A stretch of DNA of 64,000 nucleotides from contig CAWEES010000002.1 of NCBI GenBank assembly GCA_963808245.1, forward strand, positions 706,252 to 770,251, read 5' to 3'. Below are positions 38,357 through 48,238 of the stretch, piece by piece (the stretch's first letter is position 1; every line of letters starts with the position of its first letter). The position numbers were made by a program, and so were the translations under genes. The notes under the pieces are model-generated. The model made no database searches, was not told the DNA's origin, and saw only the letters and a list, made by a program, of their open reading frames with translations. This DNA is from an uncultured Bacteroidota bacterium (GTDB lineage: Bacteria > Bacteroidota > Ignavibacteria > Kryptoniales > JAKASW01).

Positions 38357-40879
38357 TCAGATTTTCACCCTCTTGTAGAAAATTCTCTTCACCATTTCTG
38401 CAGAGATGATGTACAACACTATGACAATTCCTATTAAGAGAAGATACGAAACCGGAAGCGAGCTGAATCCGAATAATATGCCGAGCGGCGTGTAAGGTAA
38501 AACAAAAGTCGCGGCAACTACCGACAGTGTCGCTATCAACAGGTATTTCCCCGGTTTGCTCCTGAAGAAAGGTTTACGGCTTCTGATGACCAGCACAATC
38601 AACGACGCCGAAACGACCGACTCGATAAACCAGCCGGTCCTGAACTGGACATCTGCCGCATGCAGAACCAGGAGAAGTATGCCGAAGGTAATGTAATCAA
38701 ATACAGAGCTCACAACGCCGAAGGTAATCATGAATTTCCGAATTGCCTTGATGTCCCAGCGCCGAGGATAGTCCACCATTTCTTTATCCACTCTGTCGGT
38801 GGCGATGGTCATCTCAGGAAAATCCGTCATGAGGTTCGTGAGCAAAATCTGCTTCGGCAGCAGAGGCAGAAAAGGAAGAAAGAGAGACGCCCCGGCCATG
38901 CTGAACATGTTTCCGAAATTAGCGCTGGTCGCCATGAACACGTACTTCAAAGTGTTGGCAAACGTCATTCTTCCTTCGCGCACGCCCTGCACAAGAACGC
39001 CAAGATCCTTTTCGAGCAAAACTATATCGGCAGCCTCCTTAGCAACATCCACCGCGCTGTCCACAGAAATCCCCACATCCGCCGCATGAAGAGCCGAGGC
39101 GTCGTTGATGCCATCTCCAATATATCCTACCACATTCCCTGCTTTTCTGAATGCCATGATGATGCGTTCTTTCTGGTTCGGTTCTATCTCGGCAAAGATG
39201 TCAACTTCAGCTACACGTTTGAGCAATGCACCATCACTCATTTTATGAAGGTCCGGACCCGTGGCAATGTTCGCATTGGATAATCCCATTTGCTTTCCGA
39301 CCGTGGCGGCAATCAGGTGATTGTCCCCCGTAATGATTTTCAGCGTGACACCGAGTCCTTTCAAGCTTTCTATTGTTTCTTTCATGTTCGCCTTCGGGGG
39401 ATCGAAAAGCACAAGAAAACCTAAGAAGGTCATGTTGGTCTCATCGTCTTTCGTTATGCGCGATTCAGATCCAATGTTCTTGTATGCAATGCCCAAAGTG
39501 CGGTAACCTTTGCTGCTGAACTCCTCAAGATGCTTCTGAATTTCGTCACGTACCACGGCAATATCAACGGGTGTACCGCCTTTGGATTCCGCCGATGCGC
39601 AGGCTTCGAGCACATTCGGAAGCGCACCCTTTGTTATCATCAAGCCTGCGTTGTCATGAGAAACCATGATGCTTAAGCGCTTGCGAAGAAAATCATAGGG
39701 GATTTCATCCTTCTTTTGGTAATCGGCCACATCAAATTTGCGATAAGTTCGGATGGCTTCGTCGATGGGGTTCGTAAAACCGGTCTCATAGAACGCATTG
39801 AGGTAGGAATAGAGAAGGACCTTCTCGCTTGCAACACTATCGACGTCGAGCGCAGATTGCAAGTGTACTGTACCTTCGGTTAGTGTTCCGGTCTTGTCAG
39901 AGCAGATCACGTTCATGCTCCCAAAATTTTCAATCGACGCAAGTCTTTTGACGATTACTTTCGCTTGAGCCATCCGTTTGGCACCGTGAGAAAGATTGAT
40001 GCTGATAATTGCCGGGAGCAATTGAGGAGTCAGGCCGACTGCAAGAGCAAGTGAGAATAGAAATGAATCCAGAACCGGGCGTGCCAGGTAAACGTTGATG
40101 GCAAAGATGGCAATCACGAGAACCAGTGTAACCTCCACGAGGAAGTAGCCGAATCGCCGTATTCCGTGCTCAAATTCAGTTTCCTCCGGCCTGAGTTTCA
40201 GCCGGTCTGATACTTTCCCGAATTCGGTCTCCCTGCCGGTGTGCACAACGATCGCCTGAGCGCTTCCGCTTACAACGTGCGTTCCCATCCATATGGCATT
40301 TGTCCGCTGGGCAAGCGGTGTTTCTCTAGGAAGCACGGCGGCGGCCTTTTCGACAGGATATGTTTCACCTGTCAGCGTTGCCTCATCGACAAATAGATCC
40401 TTCGATTCCTGAAGCAGGCAATCTCCGGGAACCACGTCTCCGGCTTTTAGAATCACAATATCACCGGGTACAATTTCCTCGACCGGAATTTCTTTTGAAC
40501 TTCCATCACGAAGTACGGCGGCTTTAATCTGAACGATAGCAAGAAGCCTTTCCACGGCATTTGCCGCGCCGCGCTCTTGCCAAAATCCAAGGAGTCCACT
40601 TACGAGAACAATTCCCAAGATAATCAGAGCGTCAACGGGATCATGTAGAAAAAACGACAACCCCGTTGCAAACAAAAGTATGAGGATAAGTGGACTCTTG
40701 AATTGGGAAATCAGGAGCGCAGAAGCGTCCGAGCGCTTTTTGGGCTTAAGGAGATTAGAACCGTAACGTGCGAGCCGCCGTTCGGCTTCACCGTTTGTCA
40801 ATCCCTCTTTTCTTGTTTCAAGCTGGTGCAACATCTCAGTCCCGGAGATGCTCCAGAACGCAGCAGGATGATCGTTCAC
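38357..40879 (-). CDS. mgtA: Magnesium-translocating P-type ATPase (MgtA/MgtB, P3B)
   Basis: 840 aa. CSDKTGTLTEGTV, ITGDNHLIA, GDGINDASALHAADVGISV. C-terminal PRRWDIKAIRKFMITFGVVSSVFDYITF matches the MgtA-specific region. Confidence 0.9.
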   Translation of the reverse strand: MNDHPAAFWSISGTEMLHQLETRKEGLTNGEAERRLARYGSNLLKPKKRSDASALLISQFKSPLILILLFATGLSFFLHDPVDALIILGIVLVSGLLGFWQERGAANAVERLLAIVQIKAAVLRDGSSKEIPVEEIVPGDIVILKAGDVVPGDCLLQESKDLFVDEATLTGETYPVEKAAAVLPRETPLAQRTNAIWMGTHVVSGSAQAIVVHTGRETEFGKVSDRLKLRPEETEFEHGIRRFGYFLVEVTLVLVIAIFAINVYLARPVLDSFLFSLALAVGLTPQLLPAIISINLSHGAKRMAQAKVIVKRLASIENFGSMNVICSDKTGTLTEGTVHLQSALDVDSVASEKVLLYSYLNAFYETGFTNPIDEAIRTYRKFDVADYQKKDEIPYDFLRKRLSIMVSHDNAGLMITKGALPNVLEACASAESKGGTPVDIAVVRDEIQKHLEEFSSKGYRTLGIAYKNIGSESRITKDDETNMTFLGFLVLFDPPKANMKETIESLKGLGVTLKIITGDNHLIAATVGKQMGLSNANIATGPDLHKMSDGALLKRVAEVDIFAEIEPNQKERIIMAFRKAGNVVGYIGDGINDASALHAADVGISVDSAVDVAKEAADIVLLEKDLGVLVQGVREGRMTFANTLKYVFMATSANFGNMFSMAGASLFLPFLPLLPKQILLTNLMTDFPEMTIATDRVDKEMVDYPRRWDIKAIRKFMITFGVVSSVFDYITFGILLLVLHAADVQFRTGWFIESVVSASLIVLVIRSRKPFFRSKPGKYLLIATLSVVAATFVLPYTPLGILFGFSSLPVSYLLLIGIVIVLYIISAEMVKRIFYKRVKI

Positions 40880-41049
40880 GCTATACTCCTCTTTTGGAAA
40901 TGTTGCCTAACGCCCTGACAACCTAAATATTTCGACTAGTAAAACTCAAGAAAAACTCGTTGATCACGGGAACCGAAGGTAGAACAGACCCCAGACCATT
41001 CAGGAGTTTCACCCCCGAAAGCGATTACCTAATAGACAAAATCCCGAGA

Positions 41050-42671
41050 TCAGCGACCGGATCTGCCGGCGCGCTGCGCTTTCCTCTCTTCCACATATTC
41101 CGGTACTAAGACGGGTTCTCCGACCGATACTTTCGCGGCCCGACTATTTTCAGCTTTGAGGTAAGCGTTAGGATCGTGGTACATCGCTCCCGCCGGAAGC
41201 CAGTCCCACAATGGACCTAGATCTTTTCTCACCTGGTCCGAATAAAAAGTCGGGAGTTTCGTTGTCTCTTGTTCGTAGTAACGCCGGAACTCCTTATCGG
41301 CCTGCAACAATCGCCGTACTTCGGTGAAGTATTTAATTCTCCCAAACCCTTCCGAGGAAATCGCCCTAACTACATTCATCAAGCGCGGCTTAATCGCTCC
41401 GTTCGCTCTGAATCGGTTGATGATGGCCTTCGTGGTGAACGTGTACTTCGTTAGGTCAATGACATTGTCATAAAACTCGGTCCAGGAATAATTCTTCGGC
41501 TTCACATTCATCGCGTGATTATTATCCAGGAAGTGGAACGGGAACGGCAGGACATGGTTGGCTCGTTGGTATTCCAAATTCAACGGCGCCGCTTGCCCGA
41601 AGGCCGAAAGGAGCGAGTAACCGGGAAAGGCGCCCGGGGCCATATCCAGAAATCTTTTGGTAAGCTCGAAAGGTTCGGAGCCCTCATCCGTGTCGAGCCC
41701 CAACACGAAGTTGGTCTGTATGTAAGGAATGTAATGCAGGATCATGTTTACATGTTCGGAAACTCGGTCGACCTTGGATATCCCGGAAATTCCATTTGTC
41801 TTGGACTTACCCCCCAACTCGTACCATGATTCAATTCCGGGGAGCAAAGCTTTGAAGCCGTTTCGTTTCATCCTTTTCAGATGTGGTTCGGATAACAACG
41901 AGAGGCTGCTCTCGGCGATAAAGTCTATTCTGTCTGGCGGCACCGCATCCTCGATGGCGTTCATGAAATCGTCGAACCTTATCCCGAAATTTGGATCATG
42001 CCATCCGACAAGAGGACGTTTGAATTTCTTCAAAAGAAACGAAAGGTCTTCCTTAAGTAAATCGAAATCGAGAGCCTGGTAAGGTATAACCGAATCTATG
42101 CAGAAGCTACAAGTGTAGGGACATCCAAGGCTTCCGATCATCGGAACAAGTTTTATCAGTGGTGCCTTTTTGAGTGTCGACTCGATAAACTTCCAACGCT
42201 CCTGGACCCGGGGAGCGAGTTGGGTTGCTGCTTCGCAGTGATGTGCAAGCCAAGTGGCCTGTGCTGCGAGCAATCACCAAGCACTTCCTGAATGACATCT
42301 TTATCGGTAAGTCCAACCACATAGTCAAAATACTTTTGCGCATCCTGCGGGTAACAACGTGCATGCGGACCGCCAAGTACGGTGACCGCACCGCGTGACC
42401 GGAATAAGTTGCTCAACGCGTATGCGGTCTGCGCGGCCTCACTGAAGGCGCCGATGAAGACTATATCGACATTTTCGGGAAGCTCGTCGACCAGGTTCTC
42501 AAAACCCGTATAGCATACAAATGTGACGTCGTGTCCGAGCTCTTCACACCATACTCCAAGAACCTGCGGCATTATGCTTGCAAAGTTTGCGTACATCACA
42601 CGTGCCCACAATGCCTTTGTTGGTCCCTTTGTTACGAGATCGATTATTCCTATCCGCAGCTTACGTTTCAT
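41050..42671 (-). pseudogene. B12-binding-domain radical SAM protein, split by a -1/+1 frameshift
   Basis: The N-terminal part (42156..42671) has a B12-binding-like Rossmann layout. The C-terminal part (41050..42273, other frame) has CPYTCSFC (CX3CX2C). The frames overlap at 42156-42273. One extra C in the C4/G3 run at 42207-42213 would give a continuous ...AKQQPNSLPRVQERWKFIE. Confidence 0.7.
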
Positions 42672-42796
42672 ATGAGGTCCTACTATTGTTCTTTCATTCT
42701 TGGAATTATTCTCAAAGGAAAGAATAGGCTCTTTTGTTCCTCTTACCTTTTCGCCAGCAGAAAAAATATAGAATCCGATTTCAAGATAAAATCGGT

Positions 42797-42815
42797 CAAT
42801 GGAACTAATCCTTTA
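42797..42815 (-). repeat. Partial GGATGAAA-module right arm (copy H, fragment)
   Basis: CAATGGAACTAATCCTTTA resembles the AAGGAACTAATTCCTTT part of copy E. The GGATGAAA core is absent. Confidence 0.25.
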
Positions 42816-42827
42816 GATTGATTGGTA

Positions 42828-42837
42828 CCCCCCCCCC
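42828..42837. repeat. Homopolymer C10 (G10 on the coding strand side)
   Basis: Ten consecutive C residues, ~160 nt upstream of the radical SAM start codon. Confidence 0.9.
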
Positions 42838-42996
42838 GAAAGGAATTTGGTGATGTTAGAGTCGAGAATCCATCTGGAGGCTTCACGGATCCCTGGACTG
42901 ATCAGTTATCTCCCTCTGCGCCATAATCGCTTTTCACCACCGGCACAGGCTCGAAGCGTTTGGGCCGGAAATTATGACCCTACTTCGGCAGAAGTT

Positions 42997-43305
42997 CTAC
43001 TGTCGGTCTGAACCGTTTTGGAGAATATTGGAAGGAATCGGCCTTTGTCTATATAAAACCTGGACAAACTTCGAATCTTCTTTGGGCTTGAATATTTGGA
43101 TAAGCTCCCAGGATTTGTCGTAATTTGCTAATCCCCCCTGGAGCATTTTTATCCTGTCATCGACCGACCACTCCTCATCTTCTGGCTCCCAACGGAAAGC
43201 CTCCACGCGAAAGTTGTATTGCCTCTTTTTCCCGTTGATCTTTACCTCTATCTCGGCAATTTGTTTGTCCATAAAATCGGGCAATGGAATACTTACATCT
43301 TTCAT
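42997..43305 (-). CDS. Hypothetical cytoplasmic protein, last gene of the ABC permease operon
   Basis: 102 aa. No signal peptide or TM helix. The start lies 23 nt after the stop of the last permease. No family recognised. Confidence 0.55.
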   Translation of the reverse strand: MKDVSIPLPDFMDKQIAEIEVKINGKKRQYNFRVEAFRWEPEDEEWSVDDRIKMLQGGLANYDKSWELIQIFKPKEDSKFVQVLYRQRPIPSNILQNGSDRQ

Positions 43306-43328
43306 ATCAATTAACTCCTTTCAGTCCT

Positions 43329-45779
43329 CTATTCATATCTCAATGATTCGATCGGGTTTGCCGTCGCGGCTTTGATCGCATGATAGATGACCGTCGATAA
43401 TGCAATGAGCAGTGCCGTAACTCCCGAGATTACAAAAACCAGAATGCCGATATTTGTCCTGTATGCAAATTCCTGAAGCCATTTATTCATTGCATAGTAT
43501 GCCAACGGCCAGGCAACGACACTCGCGATGACGACCCATTTCGTAAACTCTTTTGAAAGCATATAAATAATCTCAGCGACTGACGCGCCAAGAACTTTCC
43601 GTATCCCGATCTCTTTGGTTCGCTGTTCTGTTGCAAAAGCTGCCAGCGCGAATAGGCCGAGGCAGGCGATGAATATTGTGAGGATCGAGAACACGAGGAA
43701 GACGTTTCCGAGCCGCATCGCGGGCTCGTATCCTGCCCTGAAATCGTTATCGACGAACGTATATTCGAAAGGCATACCTGGAGCGAAGGCCTCCCATTCG
43801 GATTTCAACATTGAGATCGTTCCCGGAATATCATCGGGGCGGACCCGAACAACGACTAATGAATTCGGAATTGAGTAAGATTTTGATGAGTGGTGGAAAA
43901 GAGCAAAGGGGGTGATAGGCGAATAGAGAGTCATGAAATTGAAATCCTTCACGACCCCGATGACTTTGTATTTCACTCCATTACTTACGTAAGTCACATA
44001 TTCTCCGATCGGATGCGAGAAGCCGAGGTATTTCACCGCTGCCTCGTTCAGGATGATGCTTGCGGAATCCGAATATCCTTTTTCGAATCCCCTTCCATCG
44101 GCAATCTTCAGTCCCATCGTGCGGATGAAATCGTCATCGGTCATGTATGAGAGGAGATCGAATTGTTTTTCCTGTTTTCCCTCTACCTCATATCCATCTT
44201 CGAAACCGTATGACGGCGGTACCCCGGTGGAGATGGAAGCATCGATCACTTGCGGATGAGTTTTCAACATGTCTCGGAAAGCTTCTGCCTGGCTGCCGAG
44301 TCTTTCATTCTCGTTGGAAATAGCTATAACGTTGTTTGCATTGAAGCCGAGATTCATCTGACAGACGAAATCCATTTGCTTTTTCACGAGCAATGTACAG
44401 GTGATGAGTCCGATGGCAATTGTAAACTGCGTGACGACGAGAACATTCCTGAGCAAGATCCTGCGTGACGAGGAGTTCGCCCCACCTTTCATCACGCTTG
44501 CCGGCTGTAATGCGGAGAGATAGAATCCCGGATAACTCCCGGAGGCGATTCCGACCGCTGCGCCAAGAAGGAAGAGTGTTACAGGAAACCACCATGGATA
44601 CAAGAGATTGAACTCCAGCGATTTCCCGGTAAGGTCGTTGAAAAGCGGCATAAACATCTCGACGAGGAAAACCGCGATCGTGAGTGACAGAAGACTGAAG
44701 AGCGTTGACTCGACAAGGAACTGTCCGATGAGTGCCTTCCTTTCGGAGCCCAGCACCTTCCTGACGCTTATTTCCTTAGAGCGGCTTCCGGAGCGGGCCG
44801 TTGTCAGGTTAATGAAATTTATACAGGCGATGAGAAGGATGAGGACGGCGATCACCGACATGAGATACACTTCGGTCATGTCCCCGAGCGGCCCGAGCCG
44901 GTTGCCGGTCAGGGAGGATCCCAGATATATGTCTCTCACCGGCTGAAGCACGAAATGCCAGTGTCCACCGCTTTTGATCATATCATCGTATGAATATCCG
45001 AGGCGCTTGAGCCCGGCGGGAAGATACTCTTTCTCGACTTCGGAAATCTTTGCTTGCACCGCGGAAGCTGGAACACCGTTTCTCAACTGGGCATAAGTGG
45101 CAACTTGCATCCAGACCCAGCTCCAGTCGCGCCATGCGACTTCCGGATAAGATGACATCGAAGTCAGCATGTTGAACTGAATGTGCGAATTATGCGGAGG
45201 GTCCTTCACGATTCCGGTCACCTTGAACAGACTCTGGTAGATTCCGTAGTGATTTTTCTCGTCCTGTCCAATGACCAAGTATTTGCCGACAGGCGATTCG
45301 TCGCCGAAGTACTTTCGTGCTGTCGACTCGGTCAAGACAACACTATTCGGAGCGCTCAATACGGTGGCGGGATTTCCCGATACCATAGGATAAGGGAAAA
45401 GCTCCAGGAAATTCGAGTCCGCCGAGACGATGCCGTCCTCGTCGAAGAACTGATTCCCATTGCGGACGACGGTCCTCAACATCGGACGGACTCGGGTTGC
45501 AGATTCGATCCCGGGAATTTCGTTCATAAGTTTACCGGCAAGAGGCGGCGGTGTACCCGGTCCGACTCCCTCGTTCCCATTCCACTTAAAATCCCAGTTC
45601 ACACGATAAAGCTTATTCACACCGGGAATAAATTTATCGTAGCTCAGCTCATCCTGAACCCAGAACAGGATCAGTATCGCGGAAGCCATTCCGATTGCAA
45701 GTCCAGCAATACTTATAAGCGAGTAGAGTCTGTTCTTGGAAATATTTCTAAGCGCGACCTTGAGGTAATTCTTTATCAT
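43329..45779 (-). CDS. ABC transporter permease, fused double FtsX/MacB-type (paralog 7 in transcription order)
   Basis: 816 aa. N-terminus MIKNYLKVALRNI. Two modules of TM, large periplasmic domain, then 3 TM. Two FtsX signatures (ACINFINLTTARS..., TEQRTKEIGIRKVLGAS). C-terminus AIKAATANPIESLRYE. Confidence 0.9.
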   Translation of the reverse strand: MIKNYLKVALRNISKNRLYSLISIAGLAIGMASAILILFWVQDELSYDKFIPGVNKLYRVNWDFKWNGNEGVGPGTPPPLAGKLMNEIPGIESATRVRPMLRTVVRNGNQFFDEDGIVSADSNFLELFPYPMVSGNPATVLSAPNSVVLTESTARKYFGDESPVGKYLVIGQDEKNHYGIYQSLFKVTGIVKDPPHNSHIQFNMLTSMSSYPEVAWRDWSWVWMQVATYAQLRNGVPASAVQAKISEVEKEYLPAGLKRLGYSYDDMIKSGGHWHFVLQPVRDIYLGSSLTGNRLGPLGDMTEVYLMSVIAVLILLIACINFINLTTARSGSRSKEISVRKVLGSERKALIGQFLVESTLFSLLSLTIAVFLVEMFMPLFNDLTGKSLEFNLLYPWWFPVTLFLLGAAVGIASGSYPGFYLSALQPASVMKGGANSSSRRILLRNVLVVTQFTIAIGLITCTLLVKKQMDFVCQMNLGFNANNVIAISNENERLGSQAEAFRDMLKTHPQVIDASISTGVPPSYGFEDGYEVEGKQEKQFDLLSYMTDDDFIRTMGLKIADGRGFEKGYSDSASIILNEAAVKYLGFSHPIGEYVTYVSNGVKYKVIGVVKDFNFMTLYSPITPFALFHHSSKSYSIPNSLVVVRVRPDDIPGTISMLKSEWEAFAPGMPFEYTFVDNDFRAGYEPAMRLGNVFLVFSILTIFIACLGLFALAAFATEQRTKEIGIRKVLGASVAEIIYMLSKEFTKWVVIASVVAWPLAYYAMNKWLQEFAYRTNIGILVFVISGVTALLIALSTVIYHAIKAATANPIESLRYE

Positions 45780-45799
45780 ATCCTACTTCCTAATAAGTC

Positions 45800-48238
45800 T
45801 TATTCGTATCTTAGCGACTCGATCGGGTTTGCCGTCGCCGCTTTGATTGAAAGCCAGCTCACCGTCAGCAAAGCAATCGTCAGCGCGAGGCCGCCTGACA
45901 GAAGGAAAATGAACAGGCTTATCTGCACGCGATACGCAAACTCACCGAGCCATTTATTCATGACGAAGTAAGCAACAGGCCAAGCAATCACGTTGGCAAG
46001 GAGAACAAGCACCATAAACTCCTTTGAAATCAATCGCAGGACATTCGTTATCGACGCTCCGAGAACTTTCCTTATCCCGATCTCCTTCGTTCTTTGCTCG
46101 ACACTGAACGATGCAAGACCGAATAGCCCAAGACATGCAACCAAAACCGCGATAACCGCGAATATTCCGAAGACATCGCCGATCTTCGCGTCTTTGACAT
46201 AGAGGCTCGCGAGTTGATCATCGAGAAATTTATAGTCAAAAGGATAGCCCGGTCTGTACTCTGCCCACTTCGATTTCAAGAATGCCAGAGTGGATGGGAT
46301 TTCCTTTCCGCTTATTCTCACCGCAACCTGTGTGTTGCCGCCTTGGGTTATCAGGAAAAGAATAGGTACGATCCCGTTATGCAGCGATTCAAAATTGAAG
46401 TCATGGACGACACCGATCACCCTTCCGTTTCTACGGCCGTAAATCATGGGTTTACCGATCGCTTCCTGCGGTGTCCATCCGAGTTGACGGACCGCGGTCT
46501 CATTCAGAATGAAGGCCTCACTGTCATCCGTCGGATGATCTCTCGAGAAGTCTCTCCCGGCAGTGAGAGGTATCTGGTAAGTCTGGAGAAAATCATAATC
46601 GACTTCATCGACTGCTAACCTGAAGTTGATCGGGACTGCATTGTTCCCCTCTACCACCTTGGCTCCCCAGTCGTTCAGGAGCATATTCGAGGGAACCAAC
46701 CTGGATGTCGCGATCATTTTCACTCCCGGATTCTGGAGAAGCTGACTCTTAAACGACTCAAGATTCGCCCGCATTCTCTGATTCGATGGAAGGAGAACGG
46801 TATGGTCTTTATTGTATCCAAGATTCTTATTGTTCACAAACTCCATCTGTTGAAACACGACGCCCATCGCGATAATGAGTCCCACCGAAATCGCGAATTG
46901 AAAAACGACTAGTGCAGTTCTGAATGTAGATTTTCGAGACGAAGTCTGGCCTCCCTTTAAAACTGCGGATGGTCGGAAGGATGAAAGCATCACCGCGGGA
47001 TAAGAGCCCGACAAAAAGCCGACAAGAATTGTTAGCACGATTATTCCGATCAAGAGAATAGGGTCGGACAAAATATCGAAATGCAGATCTCTCTTAGCAA
47101 ATTCGCCAAATGGCTTGATAGCAATCTCGACGATTAGGATCGAGATCACGAGCGAAAAAAGAACCGTGACCATAGATTCACCGATGAATTGCCCCACCAG
47201 CTGTTTCCTGTATGCTCCCATCACTTTTCTGACTCCGATTTCTCTTGCCCTCTTCGCCGATCTTGCCGTCGAAAGGTTCATGAAATTTATGCAGGCAATT
47301 AGAAGGATGAAGAACGCGACCGCCGAAAATATGTAAACATTCTTGATGTCGCCGTTCTCCTCGGCCTCGGTCGTGAGGTGAGAAAGGAGATGAATGTCGG
47401 TCAGTTTCTGAAAATGGAGAATCGTATAATTGTGAATTGCCTTCACCGGCAGAGGCACGAAGTCATTTCTAAAAGCCTCACCTAAGTGCGTATCGATGAA
47501 TCCAGGGATTTTGGCGTCAAGCTGCTTGATCGGAAACTGTTTCGGTAGCAAAAGGAAAGTCAAGTAGTTGTTGCTGCTCCAGCTCTCCTCAAGTTCTTTT
47601 CGCCCAACGATGGAGGAATCATATAGGGTGACGAAGGAGCCAAGAAAATCATAGTGGAAAAAGGAATTCTCCGGAACCTCTTTTATAACCCCGGTTATCT
47701 TCAAGTCTATTTGGTGTTCATATCTTATTGTTTTTCCTATCGGGTCTTCACTCCCGAAATATTTTTGTGCGGCCGATTGCGTAATCACAAGCGTGTTTGG
47801 TTCGTTTAATGCTGTGTTTGGGTCACCTTCAATAAAAGAGATCGTGAATATTTTGAATGCAGAAGGTTCAGCCCAATAAAATTTCTCCTCGATGACGGGA
47901 TTGTTTTTTATTTCAAGAAAAGTGTTATAGTCCTGCATGAATCGAACTTCATCGAGCACAATGTTGGGATAATCGTTCTTCAACATCGGACCGATCGGCG
48001 GAGCGACCCGGGCCAGGTATAAACTGGAAGTGCCATCTTCGTTAAACCACTGACGTGTCACTCTATAGATCCTGTCGGCGTTAGCATTGAACCTGTCGTA
48101 GCTCAATTCATACCTGACGAAAAGCAATATCAAAATGCAACAAGCGATTCCGACAGATAAACCAAAGATATTTATAAAGGAATACCTTGGCTGGCGAAGG
48201 ATATTCTTTAATGCGATTTTGAAATAGTTCTTCAGCAT
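45800..48238 (-). CDS. ABC transporter permease, fused double FtsX/MacB-type (paralog 6)
   Basis: 812 aa. Same architecture. MLKNYFKIALKNI ... SIKAATANPIESLRYE. Confidence 0.9.
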   Translation of the reverse strand: MLKNYFKIALKNILRQPRYSFINIFGLSVGIACCILILLFVRYELSYDRFNANADRIYRVTRQWFNEDGTSSLYLARVAPPIGPMLKNDYPNIVLDEVRFMQDYNTFLEIKNNPVIEEKFYWAEPSAFKIFTISFIEGDPNTALNEPNTLVITQSAAQKYFGSEDPIGKTIRYEHQIDLKITGVIKEVPENSFFHYDFLGSFVTLYDSSIVGRKELEESWSSNNYLTFLLLPKQFPIKQLDAKIPGFIDTHLGEAFRNDFVPLPVKAIHNYTILHFQKLTDIHLLSHLTTEAEENGDIKNVYIFSAVAFFILLIACINFMNLSTARSAKRAREIGVRKVMGAYRKQLVGQFIGESMVTVLFSLVISILIVEIAIKPFGEFAKRDLHFDILSDPILLIGIIVLTILVGFLSGSYPAVMLSSFRPSAVLKGGQTSSRKSTFRTALVVFQFAISVGLIIAMGVVFQQMEFVNNKNLGYNKDHTVLLPSNQRMRANLESFKSQLLQNPGVKMIATSRLVPSNMLLNDWGAKVVEGNNAVPINFRLAVDEVDYDFLQTYQIPLTAGRDFSRDHPTDDSEAFILNETAVRQLGWTPQEAIGKPMIYGRRNGRVIGVVHDFNFESLHNGIVPILFLITQGGNTQVAVRISGKEIPSTLAFLKSKWAEYRPGYPFDYKFLDDQLASLYVKDAKIGDVFGIFAVIAVLVACLGLFGLASFSVEQRTKEIGIRKVLGASITNVLRLISKEFMVLVLLANVIAWPVAYFVMNKWLGEFAYRVQISLFIFLLSGGLALTIALLTVSWLSIKAATANPIESLRYE

